DNA from: Cyclobacteriaceae bacterium
Lineage (GTDB): Bacteria; Bacteroidota; Bacteroidia; Cytophagales; Cyclobacteriaceae
DNA length: 64,000 bases
Assembly (NCBI GenBank): GCA_049115815.1
Contig: JAGDZO010000010.1
Span: 180,895 to 244,894 of the forward strand
Reading direction: 5' to 3'
Shown: piece after piece, positions 46,472-56,095 of the stretch
How positions within the stretch are numbered: the first letter of the stretch is position 1
How the letters are laid out: each line of letters begins with the position of its first letter
Translations under genes and position numbers: made by a program
The notes under the pieces: model-generated
The model's database searches: none
Seen by the model: only the letters and a program-made list of their open reading frames with translations
What the model was told of the DNA's origin: nothing

Positions 46472-46930
46472 CTACAAACTCCTTTTCATCACTATCTGAT
46501 CTTCTGCTTGCTGCCCGTCTTCCATGATGGGTTCTTCGTAGTATTTGATAAAATGACTTTTCACGGTGAAGAAGTATTCGAACTTCATCTTCTCATAAAA
46601 CTTGATGGCACGCTTGCTGACATCAGCAGTTTTTACGATCAAATCTTTGTAGCCTTCCATCTTGGCGAGTCTTACGAAATACTTCACCAGATCTTTTCCA
46701 ATACCGATATTTCGATACTTTTCAGCGACGCAGATATTTTTCAACTCTATTTCATGAGCCGTATTTGGCGCTACCACGATCACCCCAATTACATCATCAC
46801 CAATCTCAGCTACATAGCATTCCGAAGTATATAGATATTTCTCTATCATCTCCTCCGAAGGATCTGCTTCTAGCAGCAGGTCCATGGGAGCTTTCTCGGT
46901 ATGGCCAAGTTTTCTAATTTCTAGTTTCAT
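46472..46930 (-). CDS. GNAT family N-acetyltransferase (YvbK-like)
   Basis: 152 aa with the acetyl-CoA loop YRNIGIGKDLV and an EADPSEEMIEKYL N-terminal pattern. It overlaps the upstream TfoX-like gene by 4 nt. Confidence 0.8.
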   Translation of the reverse strand: MKLEIRKLGHTEKAPMDLLLEADPSEEMIEKYLYTSECYVAEIGDDVIGVIVVAPNTAHEIELKNICVAEKYRNIGIGKDLVKYFVRLAKMEGYKDLIVKTADVSKRAIKFYEKMKFEYFFTVKSHFIKYYEEPIMEDGQQAEDQIVMKRSL

Positions 46931-47259
46931 TCAGCTTTGCTTTTAGCGTGTTCTATACCTAGGTTAATCCAATTCATTAATTGCACCTCTGTTTCGAACC
47001 CCTCCTGACTTACGTAGATAAATTCCTTCATGGGCTTTTTGGTAAAATCCATAGGCCTAACATGAGGATTTTCCATGCATTCATCCATTTTGTGGCCTAG
47101 CACCCTTACCATTAGATCTTCCTTGACTACTCCCACGGTCATTTTTCCTTTGTACAGAAATGCGATACCTCCGAACATCTTCTTTTCTGAAAAATCAGAA
47201 GAGTTAAAACCGTCAAAGGTTTGTCTGATCCGAAATGCAAGCTCTTCATTGTATGCCAT
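46927..47259 (-). CDS. TfoX N-terminal domain protein
   Basis: 110 aa. AFRIRQTF...EKKMFGGIAFLYKGKMTVGV is typical of the TfoX_N domain, and there is no C-terminal HhH domain. Confidence 0.7.
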   Translation of the reverse strand: MAYNEELAFRIRQTFDGFNSSDFSEKKMFGGIAFLYKGKMTVGVVKEDLMVRVLGHKMDECMENPHVRPMDFTKKPMKEFIYVSQEGFETEVQLMNWINLGIEHAKSKAE

Positions 47260-47270
47260 GGATACCTACT

Positions 47271-48092
47271 TTAGATATGAATGAATTGAGATGATACCTT
47301 TCTACCAAAAAAGTCAGTAGCATGTTTATCAAAATGCTCGGTTGAGTCTGTGGTTTTGAACACCAGATTTTGGTTCGTCAAACAGTGCGAAGCGAGATTT
47401 TTATGCCGATTCAGGTAGTTAGCTAAGCTAGGGGCTACAATCTCCCCTTGATTCAAAATAGTGATATGATCTGGCACATACTTCCTTATTTTTTCTATAA
47501 GCAATGGGTAATGCGTGCATGCCAATAAAATGGTGTCGATTAGAGGAGATTGTGCGAATAATTCGTCTAGGTATTGTTTGATGAAGTAATCAGTTCCGTC
47601 ACTCGTTGCCTCTCCATATTCTACTATCGGAACCCACATAGGGCATGACTGCTGAAACACCTTTAAGTAAGGATCTTGTTTCTCAATTTCAATCAAATAG
47701 GAGTTAGAATTGATCGTACCTGTAGTTCCCAAAACCCCGACGTGTTTAGATTTAGAATAATTGCCTATCACTTCGGCCGTGGGTCTGATTACTCCCAAGA
47801 CACGCTTTTCAGCGGAAATATGCGGTAAGTCGTTCTGCTGGATATTGCGAAGCGCTTTCGCGGAAGCTGTATTGCAGGCTAAAATGATCAATGGACAATT
47901 CTGCTCAAATAGATAGCGAACACACTCCAGAGTGTACTCATAGATGGTCTCAAATGACCTTGATCCATAGGGCGATCTGGCATTGTCACCCAGATAGAGG
48001 AAATCATGCTGAGGTAAGGCTTTATGGATCTCGCGCAAGACCGTCAGACCACCAAATCCCGAATCAAAAATACCTATAGGGCCATCGTTCAT
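47271..48092 (-). CDS. murI: Glutamate racemase
   Basis: 273 aa with IGIFDSGFGGLTV and the catalytic Cys motifs ACNTAS and ACTHYP. Confidence 0.93.
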   Translation of the reverse strand: MNDGPIGIFDSGFGGLTVLREIHKALPQHDFLYLGDNARSPYGSRSFETIYEYTLECVRYLFEQNCPLIILACNTASAKALRNIQQNDLPHISAEKRVLGVIRPTAEVIGNYSKSKHVGVLGTTGTINSNSYLIEIEKQDPYLKVFQQSCPMWVPIVEYGEATSDGTDYFIKQYLDELFAQSPLIDTILLACTHYPLLIEKIRKYVPDHITILNQGEIVAPSLANYLNRHKNLASHCLTNQNLVFKTTDSTEHFDKHATDFFGRKVSSQFIHI

Positions 48093-48105
48093 GATTCGAA
48101 GCTAC

Positions 48106-48645
48106 TTACTTAAATGGAAGTTGATCAATTACCTTTTGCAGCTTGCTTTGCTTATATCCCCCAGTGGTGGCATAGATGATCTTGCCATTTTTATCCAACA
48201 AGTAGAAATACGGAACATCCTTGTCTTGAATATTAAGTGATTCCTTGTATTCATGAAGCGTTCCTTTGTAGAAGAGCACATGTGGATGAAGGGATTTATC
48301 CACCTCTTTTTCTACTTTCTCCATTACTTTCTGGTAGGCTGGTCGTTTAGCACCAGTGAGCATGGGTACGAAATAGACATTCACATCATAGGCAAAAGAA
48401 AAAAGGCCCGGAGTAGGTTCTTTGATCAGCTGATTATAAACAGGCGTGAACCAAGTGTTTAGCTGCTTCTCGGACTTTTTCGAAAAAGCAAGTCCTACTA
48501 AGGTATGTGTGCCCGCTACATCTTCGGGAATCGTAATTTCTCCGTGCACCAAATTTTCTCCTTCAAGCTCGGGAAATGTAGTGCCTATTTGAGCAAAAGC
48601 TGCCGTAGAAAGGATGTAAAATGTTATGACCAGAAGTTTATTCAT
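48106..48645 (-). CDS. Secreted thioredoxin-fold (redoxin-like) protein lacking any cysteine
   Basis: 179 aa with a signal peptide (ILSTAAFAQ). The redoxin-like layout is FPELEGENL...IPEDVAGTHTLVGLAFSKKS...YFYLLDKNGKIIY. The position where WCxxC normally sits reads FSKKSEKQ, and the protein contains no Cys at all. Confidence 0.45.
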   Translation of the reverse strand: MNKLLVITFYILSTAAFAQIGTTFPELEGENLVHGEITIPEDVAGTHTLVGLAFSKKSEKQLNTWFTPVYNQLIKEPTPGLFSFAYDVNVYFVPMLTGAKRPAYQKVMEKVEKEVDKSLHPHVLFYKGTLHEYKESLNIQDKDVPYFYLLDKNGKIIYATTGGYKQSKLQKVIDQLPFK

Positions 48646-48766
48646 AGTTTGGCTTACGTCGTGATGAATGTCTCAGTTGTAAGATATTTCAACATGGAGA
48701 ATTATGCGAGAAATTTTTGAGGCTTTGTTAATTTTTATCAATTCAAAAAAGTAACAACTTTAAGTT

Positions 48767-49705
48767 ATGACTTTGAATCAATTGGAATACGCGCTGTGCC
48801 TCAAAGAAACAGGCAACTTTAAAAAAGCCGCGGATAGGATGTCTATCACTCAGCCCGGGCTAAGTGCTCAGATAAAAAAACTTGAGGAGGAGATAGGCAT
48901 TAAACTATTTAGCCGAAATAGTCATCCGATAGAGGTAACTGCTGATGGACAAAAGTTTCTCCATCGCGCACATCAAATTTTGACAGACGCTCGAAAATTG
49001 ACACATTTCTCGCAGGAGCTTACCGAAAGTTTTGAAGGTGATTTGAAAGTTGGGGTGATTCCAACACTCGCCCCGTTTTTGATTCCGTTATTTTCTGGTG
49101 AGTTGTTGGAGGACTATCCCCATTTTCAACTCGATATTCATGAATTGACCACTGATCAGGTCATATCTGGAGTGCGGGCAGGCACGTTGGATGCTGGGAT
49201 CATTTCTACGCCCATCAGCACACCAGGGCTCGTTAACGAGGTGCTCTTCTTTGAAAAATTTTATGCTTATGTGTCTGACGCGCTATCCTCCAAAAAGTAT
49301 TTCTCAATGGACGATATCAACTATGATCAGTTTTGGATCCTCAATGAAGGGAATTGCTTTCGAGATCAGCTCAATGACTTTTGTGACCTGAGCAGGATCA
49401 AAGGAGATAGACAGTTCAACTATCGCAGCAATTCCATTGATGCACTGGTAAGGATCGTAGATTCGAAGGGAGGCATGACCATCTTGCCAGAGCTTTCTCT
49501 CCTGAGCCTCAATGAAGAGCAGGAAGAACGCATTTTGCCCTTGCTCGAAGGAAAGAAGGTGCGAGAGATCAGCTTGGTCATGACCAAGCAGTTCGACAAA
49601 GAACGTTTTATTCTCAAGCTTGCAGAGTACATCAAGAAAAATGTCCCAAAACATATGCTACAGGCAGGTGATAGTGAAATCGTTGATCCTCAGATAAAAG
49701 ATTAA
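48767..49705 (+). CDS. oxyR: LysR-family peroxide sensor OxyR
   Basis: 312 aa with an N-terminal HTH (FKKAADRMSITQPGLSAQIKKLEEE) and the redox Cys pair at OxyR spacing (EGNCFRDQLNDFC, C-x8-C). Confidence 0.8.
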   Translation: MTLNQLEYALCLKETGNFKKAADRMSITQPGLSAQIKKLEEEIGIKLFSRNSHPIEVTADGQKFLHRAHQILTDARKLTHFSQELTESFEGDLKVGVIPTLAPFLIPLFSGELLEDYPHFQLDIHELTTDQVISGVRAGTLDAGIISTPISTPGLVNEVLFFEKFYAYVSDALSSKKYFSMDDINYDQFWILNEGNCFRDQLNDFCDLSRIKGDRQFNYRSNSIDALVRIVDSKGGMTILPELSLLSLNEEQEERILPLLEGKKVREISLVMTKQFDKERFILKLAEYIKKNVPKHMLQAGDSEIVDPQIKD

Positions 49706-49790
49706 CAGTTTGTATTAATTAACAGGTTTTGGGTAACCTTTTTCTCTTCATAGAGTAAAATAGGATGGTCAAAACCTCAAATAACCTAGC

Positions 49791-50243
49791 ATGTTCGGTC
49801 TGTTTTCCAAAAAGAAAAAATTCAAAGCTTCTTGTGATCTAAGTGGAAGTCCACTTGAGAAAGAATCAACCTATCTCGTATCTACTGCCCAGATCATTTC
49901 TTCTAAAAAATTCTGGGACAATAAGATGACTGAGCCAGACACCATGACATATACCGAGGCATATTTTAAGAATGCAGATCAGAATGCCACAAATATTCGT
50001 GGAATGATTTTCAACAAATATGCAGCAGAAGATAAGATATGGGTCATTTCAGACTCTCAGATCAATCTATTTGATATAGATGAAAAAGAGTCCAAAGCTT
50101 ATGCAGATCAATGGTGGGAAAGTGAGGGTACAGAAGTACCATCCGAATTACAAGCTTCGCTTTCTGATCTTGGCGAATCTACTTTTGAGTCGCATAAGAC
50201 CTACGCTATTCAGGAAGCAGGTCGCAAGATGGTGAGCTTATAG
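49791..50243 (+). CDS. Hypothetical protein
   Basis: 150 aa and acidic, with no TM helix or signal peptide and no motif recognised. Confidence 0.45.
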   Translation: MFGLFSKKKKFKASCDLSGSPLEKESTYLVSTAQIISSKKFWDNKMTEPDTMTYTEAYFKNADQNATNIRGMIFNKYAAEDKIWVISDSQINLFDIDEKESKAYADQWWESEGTEVPSELQASLSDLGESTFESHKTYAIQEAGRKMVSL

Positions 50244-50250
50244 TCTGATA

Positions 50251-50961
50251 TTAGGCGATGTTGGTATAGACAGCTTGCACGTCATCATCGTCCTCTATCT
50301 TATCTAGCATCTTTTCTATCTCCTCCATTTGCTCCTCTGAAAACTCAACAGGAGTAGTTGGGATTCTTTGTAGTACGGCTTTCTTTACATCTATTTCTTT
50401 ATCCTCCAGTGCCTTTGAGAGTGTTCCGAATGTGGTGTAATCGGCATAGAGATAGATGATGTCCTCATTCAATTCAATTTCTTCAAGACCCGCATCGATG
50501 AGCTCAAGTTCCAGCTCTTCTATATCCATGTCATCTGTCTTCTCAAATTCGAATACCGCTTTTCTATTAAACATAAATTCCAGTGAGCCATTCGGCACCA
50601 CACCGCCACCGGCTTTGTTGAAGTAGGACTTGACATTGGCTACTGTTCTTGTGGTGTTATCAGTAGCACATTCTACAAATACCAGCACGCCGTGAGGACC
50701 TTTTCCCTCATAAGTTACTTCTAGATAATCTGCAGCATCCGACCCACTTGCCCTTTTGATGGCGTTTTCGATATTGTCTTTAGGCATGTTTTGCGCCTTG
50801 GCATTCTGGATAGCCGTACGCAATTTCGCATTCATCTCAGGCTCAGGACCACCTTCTTTTACTGCTACAGTGATGGCTTTGGCTAGCTTCGGAAATATTT
50901 TGGACATTTTGTCCCACCTTGCCTCTTTTGCCGCTCTGCGATATTCAAATGCTCTTCCCAT
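50251..50961 (-). CDS. YebC/PmpR family DNA-binding regulator
   Basis: 236 aa with N-terminal [21 protein letters not shown] and [12 protein letters not shown], typical of the family. Confidence 0.9.
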   Translation of the reverse strand: MGRAFEYRRAAKEARWDKMSKIFPKLAKAITVAVKEGGPEPEMNAKLRTAIQNAKAQNMPKDNIENAIKRASGSDAADYLEVTYEGKGPHGVLVFVECATDNTTRTVANVKSYFNKAGGGVVPNGSLEFMFNRKAVFEFEKTDDMDIEELELELIDAGLEEIELNEDIIYLYADYTTFGTLSKALEDKEIDVKKAVLQRIPTTPVEFSEEQMEEIEKMLDKIEDDDDVQAVYTNIA

Positions 50962-51018
50962 AATTACTGTTGATTAGGTCGCAAAAATACACAGTACTAG
51001 GAGATATGAAAAAGTATT

Positions 51019-51369
51019 TTATGAGGTTCGATCGATAGCTTCTCTGAGCTTTTGTTCGTTGATAGGCTTCTGGAGATAGGCTTTGTACGGAATCTCAAAA
51101 TTGTCTTGCATAAACTCCTCGGGATAACTTGAAACCATGATGACCTGAGGTTGATACTCAAGAAATTCTAGAAATTCGGGACCCTGTAAGCCTGATATGT
51201 TGATGTCTAAAAAAATGATATCAGGTTTCTGCTTTTCAATTTGACGCACCGCATTTACCGTATCTTCATAAAGTCCTAGGATTTCAATGTTGCCAATATT
51301 ACTCAGGTAAAATTTTATAATATCCTGATGGCCAGGGTCATCCTCAACTATAATGCAGGTTTTTTTCAT
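51019..51369 (-). CDS. Stand-alone response regulator receiver domain (CheY-like)
   Basis: The ATG at 51369 (MKKTCIIVEDDPG) is preferred over the track start at 51435. It has the acidic pair DD, phospho-acceptor context IIFLDINISG, VIMVSS and YLQKP, with no output domain. The product is 116 aa. Confidence 0.8.
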   Translation of the reverse strand: MKKTCIIVEDDPGHQDIIKFYLSNIGNIEILGLYEDTVNAVRQIEKQKPDIIFLDINISGLQGPEFLEFLEYQPQVIMVSSYPEEFMQDNFEIPYKAYLQKPINEQKLREAIDRTS

Positions 51370-51424
51370 GGGTCCGTTTATTGATGTATGAAATTTAGAC
51401 AAATTTCCGAAAACGGCTACTAGC

Positions 51425-54223
51425 TTATTGTCCAAAAAAATCTTGGAATGATCTTCTTTTTTCTAGCTTAAGATCTTGAAGGATGGCGGACTTTGGCCTG
51501 ATGACAAGGCTAAATGATTGGAATCTTCCGAAAGGCACCCAGTTGAAATTCAATGACCAGCAGTGTAGGTCTCTGGTAACTCCAATTCTTGTTTGAGTGA
51601 AATCCGCATTTTTGATATCATAACCCGAATTGAAAGTAATCTGAGTTTTGTCGGTGAGCCCAAGCGTTCCGCTGAATTGTACACCGTGACTAGAGATTTG
51701 CTGTTCGGCAAGGCCATTTTTTGACCGACTAATATTATAGCCTACCCTGAGACTCCATGGCACATTGAAATCTACGTATTCCTCGGGGTTGGCTTTGATG
51801 TAGGCTTTCTCTTCTTCGGTACCAAATTCGCTATCATCAATCAAGCTGCCATCATTGGCAAATGGACTCAGATCATTTTGACCACCTAGCTGCTGATCAC
51901 GATCTCTATCGGCTTGAGAGTCACTGGTTTTTTTGCCTTTGAGTGAGAAGTTAATCGCGGAGGTCAATGTTCTTAGCGTACCAAGTCCCTGACCATTATT
52001 CCAGGCGTAGCGATCCACCTTGTCTCCTGCTTCAGTACCATCGTCCACATAGAGGTAAGGGTCGAAGTTTCCACTAAGCGTTACGTTGACCTTTTGCTGG
52101 AAAAAACTGGTACGTGCATTCCATCCAATATTTCTTAGCTTAAATGAATCCGCAGCAAAATTATAGCCGGTATTCATAGAGAGGTTATCAAAGATCTTGA
52201 CCTTTTTGAATTCATTGACTGAGTCTTTCTTGTCTCTGATTTTCATTTCCAGATTATTGGTCAGGGAGAACCCCAATGTCCTGCTTTCGCTCCCGGTTGG
52301 GCTACCATACGCGAAGTTTTGATATTTGGAGACTCGCCTAGTCGTTCCTAAGCTGTCAGTTTGTATAGTTTGATACACTCCATATTTCTCATCTCCAAAA
52401 TCGGGGTTGTAGCTGAATGATAGACTTGGTGTCATAACATGTCGTATCGCCTCTATTCCTGCTATGTTTTTGAGGTAGTACATTCCGTACAACCGGGTAT
52501 TCATAGACGCTCCCGAGCTCCAGCTCCCTGCTCTGGAAAAGCCCTCTACAGTATCGACACGAACGCCATTCTCTTCAGGCACTTCGGTGTATTGTAGTTC
52601 GCGCGTGTACCACACTTCTTGGTAATTGAAGCTAGGACTTACAGTGAAGAATTTGAAAGCGTTGAAGGAGGTGGAGATAGGAATGGTGTGTCTACCTCCA
52701 ATTTTAGCTCGATCATATATTTCGCTTAGATTTTGGATGTTGAATTGAAGTGTATCTTCATTAGCACTTCCCTCATTCACTACATTGAAACCATATGACG
52801 AAGTGCTCAATGGCGCATTTGAAAACTCATTTTTAGCATTGAAATTGTGACTAAAACTTATTTTGGCCAATGGTGATTTGGATGACTTCACGATTTTTTT
52901 AAATGGATAAATTCTATTGATATTCATGGCAAAATCTGGCAATGTCATGTTATAAATTCCCGATTGGATGTTTTGTCTATGTCTGAAGTTCATGGACATA
53001 TTCATAGGGAGTCTTCTGAACCTCTGATTGTAGCTAAGACTTGATTGAAATTCAGAGCTGATACTTCTGGACGGGTTGTTGATCGCCACGTTGTTGTTTT
53101 CATTAAAACTCCTAGATCCACCATTCACGCTTGCGCTAAAGCTTGAATTCCCACGTGTCTCAGGTCTATGGTTCCACCGAATCCAGAAATCATTAGTCTC
53201 TTGAGGTGCTTCGGCGGTTTCTACAATATTTTTGTTATAAGTAAAATTCAGGGCTCCATTGAACTTGTATCTAACTTTATAGTTTGATGTGGCATCAAAA
53301 GCGTAACCTCCTTTGGAGTAGATGTCACCCGTCAATCTCAGGTCGTAGAAGTCACTAAATCCGAAGTAATAGCCACCATCCCTCAAGAAAAATCCTCTTC
53401 GAGTCTCTTCACCATATGACGGAAATATGATCCCTGATGCCTTTTCTCTTGGCTGAGGAAACATTCCGAAAGGAAACCATAGCGGCGTAGGGACTTCTCT
53501 AAATTTAAGATTGAATGGTCCAGATAGCACCTTGTTTCCAGGGATCACTTTTATTTTCTGAGACTTGATAAAGAAATGAGGGTCTGCCAAGTTGCAGGTC
53601 GTATATTTGGCATCTTTGATGAATAGCTCGTTTTCCTCATTTTTTTTCACATCTGCTCCATGCATGATGGCACCATCTTGCTCCGTTACGACTCCTTTGA
53701 TGATGGCTCTTTTGGTTTTGAAATTGTAGAGGATATTGTCCGTTTCATAGGAATCTCCTCTGTCAGAAAAAATAGGTTTTCCTCTTTTCCTGCCTAGGGA
53801 ATCCAAGGTGTACTCTGATTTAATTTGGCGCTCGTTCCAGTCTATGGAAGTTTGGTTTGACTTGAGTGTAATAGATCCATAGTCAATATGTGTATCGCCA
53901 TACATGAATAGCCGCCTATTACCAATCTCAAATACCATAGAATCTCGAGCATGGTAATTGATAGTGGTCTCTATATCATTACGCTTGTTCTTAGGTTTAT
54001 TGGCAACAGAATCCGGCGGAGTGGGTGAATCGAGGCTGTCCAGTGTTACTATACCATTCTTTGTAGAATCTTGGCCTAGAATTTGATCTGTGGCAGTAAT
54101 GTTAAATTCAGGTGAGGCTTTGATATCATTGAAAACTTCAGAATCAGTGGAGGTAGTATCCGTCTGGGCTTTCGCTGCGAATATTGCCGCGAAAAAAATA
54201 GATACTACAATGATCCTCCTCAA
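51425..54223 (-). CDS. lptD: Large outer-membrane protein, LptD-like (putative LPS assembly protein)
   Basis: 932 aa with a signal peptide and an OstA/LptA-like N-terminal region (MYGDTHIDYGSITLKSNQTSIDW). This is followed by about 700 aa of alternating beta-strand pattern rich in aromatic, Asn and Ser residues. Confidence 0.6.
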   Translation of the reverse strand: MRRIIVVSIFFAAIFAAKAQTDTTSTDSEVFNDIKASPEFNITATDQILGQDSTKNGIVTLDSLDSPTPPDSVANKPKNKRNDIETTINYHARDSMVFEIGNRRLFMYGDTHIDYGSITLKSNQTSIDWNERQIKSEYTLDSLGRKRGKPIFSDRGDSYETDNILYNFKTKRAIIKGVVTEQDGAIMHGADVKKNEENELFIKDAKYTTCNLADPHFFIKSQKIKVIPGNKVLSGPFNLKFREVPTPLWFPFGMFPQPREKASGIIFPSYGEETRRGFFLRDGGYYFGFSDFYDLRLTGDIYSKGGYAFDATSNYKVRYKFNGALNFTYNKNIVETAEAPQETNDFWIRWNHRPETRGNSSFSASVNGGSRSFNENNNVAINNPSRSISSEFQSSLSYNQRFRRLPMNMSMNFRHRQNIQSGIYNMTLPDFAMNINRIYPFKKIVKSSKSPLAKISFSHNFNAKNEFSNAPLSTSSYGFNVVNEGSANEDTLQFNIQNLSEIYDRAKIGGRHTIPISTSFNAFKFFTVSPSFNYQEVWYTRELQYTEVPEENGVRVDTVEGFSRAGSWSSGASMNTRLYGMYYLKNIAGIEAIRHVMTPSLSFSYNPDFGDEKYGVYQTIQTDSLGTTRRVSKYQNFAYGSPTGSESRTLGFSLTNNLEMKIRDKKDSVNEFKKVKIFDNLSMNTGYNFAADSFKLRNIGWNARTSFFQQKVNVTLSGNFDPYLYVDDGTEAGDKVDRYAWNNGQGLGTLRTLTSAINFSLKGKKTSDSQADRDRDQQLGGQNDLSPFANDGSLIDDSEFGTEEEKAYIKANPEEYVDFNVPWSLRVGYNISRSKNGLAEQQISSHGVQFSGTLGLTDKTQITFNSGYDIKNADFTQTRIGVTRDLHCWSLNFNWVPFGRFQSFSLVIRPKSAILQDLKLEKRRSFQDFFGQ

Positions 54224-54303
54224 GCCTTCAGGATTTTATTAACTGATGAAAAATTTACAATTTTGCGTAAAATTATGGCATTTTACTATATAACCGAGTA
54301 GCT

Positions 54304-55083
54304 GTGAGAAATATTGCAATCCCTTTTAGCATTTCGATCTTACTCCTATTTGGAGCTTTTAATTACGTAGGAGTTACGGACTACAAAGTTCGAAAAATAG
54401 TGATTGACCCTGGGCATGGAGGTAAAGACCCTGGCACCAGCGGATCATATTCTAAGGAAAAAGATATTGCCCTGAAAGTATCGCTCGAACTAGAGCGAAT
54501 TATTAAAGAAAACCTACCAGATGTGGAGGTATTGCTCACCCGAAAAACGGATAGTTTTCCACACCTGAGGGACAGGGCCCAGATCGCCAATAAGCGCAAT
54601 GCAGATTTGTTTATTTCCATTCATGCCAACTGGGTAGCCAATCCTAGTGTCTATGGAACCGAGACGTACGTGATGGCTGTTCAGAATGCCGGTAAAAACT
54701 TCGAAGTTGGTAAGCGAGAAAATTCGGTGATATTGCTTGAGGATGATTATGAGAAAAATTATGATTTCGATCCAGACTCTCCCGAATCATTCATTTTGTT
54801 TTCATTGACACAGACAGCTTTTCAGGAGCGTAGCTTGTTGTTAGCCAACAAAGTAGAAGAGCAAATGAAAGGCCGTGTAGGCCGCAGGAGCAGAGGAGTG
54901 AAGCAGTCAGATTTATATCTTATGTGGAGCACGGCTATGCCAAGTGTATTGGTGGAAGTAGGTTATCTTAGCAATCCTAAAGAGGAGCGGGATTTGAACG
55001 ATCCACTCAATCAGGTGTATATCGCATCAGGTATTTACAGAGCCTTTCGTGATTACAAGAAGGAAATCGAGTCCATGAATTAA
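54304..55083 (+). CDS. N-acetylmuramoyl-L-alanine amidase (Amidase_3)
   Basis: 259 aa with a GTG start, a signal/TM segment, IDPGHGGKDPGT, SIHAN and VLVEVGYLSN motifs. Confidence 0.88.
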   Translation: MRNIAIPFSISILLLFGAFNYVGVTDYKVRKIVIDPGHGGKDPGTSGSYSKEKDIALKVSLELERIIKENLPDVEVLLTRKTDSFPHLRDRAQIANKRNADLFISIHANWVANPSVYGTETYVMAVQNAGKNFEVGKRENSVILLEDDYEKNYDFDPDSPESFILFSLTQTAFQERSLLLANKVEEQMKGRVGRRSRGVKQSDLYLMWSTAMPSVLVEVGYLSNPKEERDLNDPLNQVYIASGIYRAFRDYKKEIESMN

Positions 55084-55100
55084 AAAATTACGACCGAGAA

Positions 55101-56039
55101 ATGTCAAAAGAATTTAAAGTTGGGTTGATTGCGTTAGTAGCAGGTGGGCTATTGTATTATGGATTTAATTTCCTGAAAGGGAATGATTTCTTTTCTCCTA
55201 CCAACAAGTACTATGCGATTTATGAAAACGTAGATGGGCTCAATAAGTCAAATCCTGTCATTATCAATGGCCTGACCGTAGGTCGCGTGAGCAGGATCAA
55301 ATTGATGCAGAGTGTGAGCAATCAGATTTTGGTTGAGTTGGACATTGATGAGAATATCACTTTGGGAGATTCTACAGTTGCTTCTCTTGCAAACACAGAT
55401 TTTTTGGGTAGTAAAGGGATCATTCTCACGGTCAATTCTCTCAAAAGACCTTTAGCACCTGGGGACACTTTGATTTCTTATGTCGATTTAGGATTGGAGG
55501 AATTGCTGGCCAGCGCAGAACCGATATCTTCAGGTTTGAATACGACCATCACACGAATCAATGAAATATTGATAGGCCTCAAAGGAAGTGGAGAAGCGAT
55601 CAACGAAACAATTCATCAAGTACAAGCTACTACGGTGAGCGTGAATGAAATTATTGCTCAAAATCAAGCGGAATTGGCCAATATCATGATGAATACCAAC
55701 TCGCTGATAGTCAATATGAACAGAAAGCTTGATCAGATTGATCCAATCATGAGCAAAACAGCTGGAGTGTTAGATTCTTTGCAGAACCTTCAGATCAACG
55801 AAACATTAGCTTCGATAAGATCAGTAGTGGATAATCTCAATGAGACTGTTTCATTATTGGCAGATGAGAACGGGACGCTGGGTAAACTTGCCTCTAACGA
55901 CTCCCTTTACAATAACCTCAATCAAACATTACTTGATATTGATAAGTTGGTATTACACATCGATCAATATCCTAAGCACTTTTTTGCCCCTTTAGGCAAA
56001 AGCCACAAAAAGGTGATGAGTGATCTCGGAAAGGATTAA
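55101..56039 (+). CDS. MlaD/MCE domain protein
   Basis: 312 aa with an N-terminal TM anchor (KVGLIALVAGGLLYY), an MCE core (VIINGLTVGRVSRI) and a long helical C-terminus. Confidence 0.8.
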   Translation: MSKEFKVGLIALVAGGLLYYGFNFLKGNDFFSPTNKYYAIYENVDGLNKSNPVIINGLTVGRVSRIKLMQSVSNQILVELDIDENITLGDSTVASLANTDFLGSKGIILTVNSLKRPLAPGDTLISYVDLGLEELLASAEPISSGLNTTITRINEILIGLKGSGEAINETIHQVQATTVSVNEIIAQNQAELANIMMNTNSLIVNMNRKLDQIDPIMSKTAGVLDSLQNLQINETLASIRSVVDNLNETVSLLADENGTLGKLASNDSLYNNLNQTLLDIDKLVLHIDQYPKHFFAPLGKSHKKVMSDLGKD

Positions 56040-56095
56040 CCTTTCCGTTCCATAAATATAGGTTTAAATTGAATTACACCCCTAGTTCCAACACA

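Noticed and set aside
46472-47259. TfoX_N small gene overlapping a GNAT gene by 4 nt, considered as a GNAT-toxin/antitoxin pair.
   Set aside because: The GNAT looks like the housekeeping YvbK-type family (EADPSEEMIEKYL ... YRNIGIGKDLV) rather than the TacT/AtaT toxins. The upstream protein has no RHH- or DUF1778-like antitoxin features. The pair also follows murI at 11 nt in what looks like an ordinary operon.
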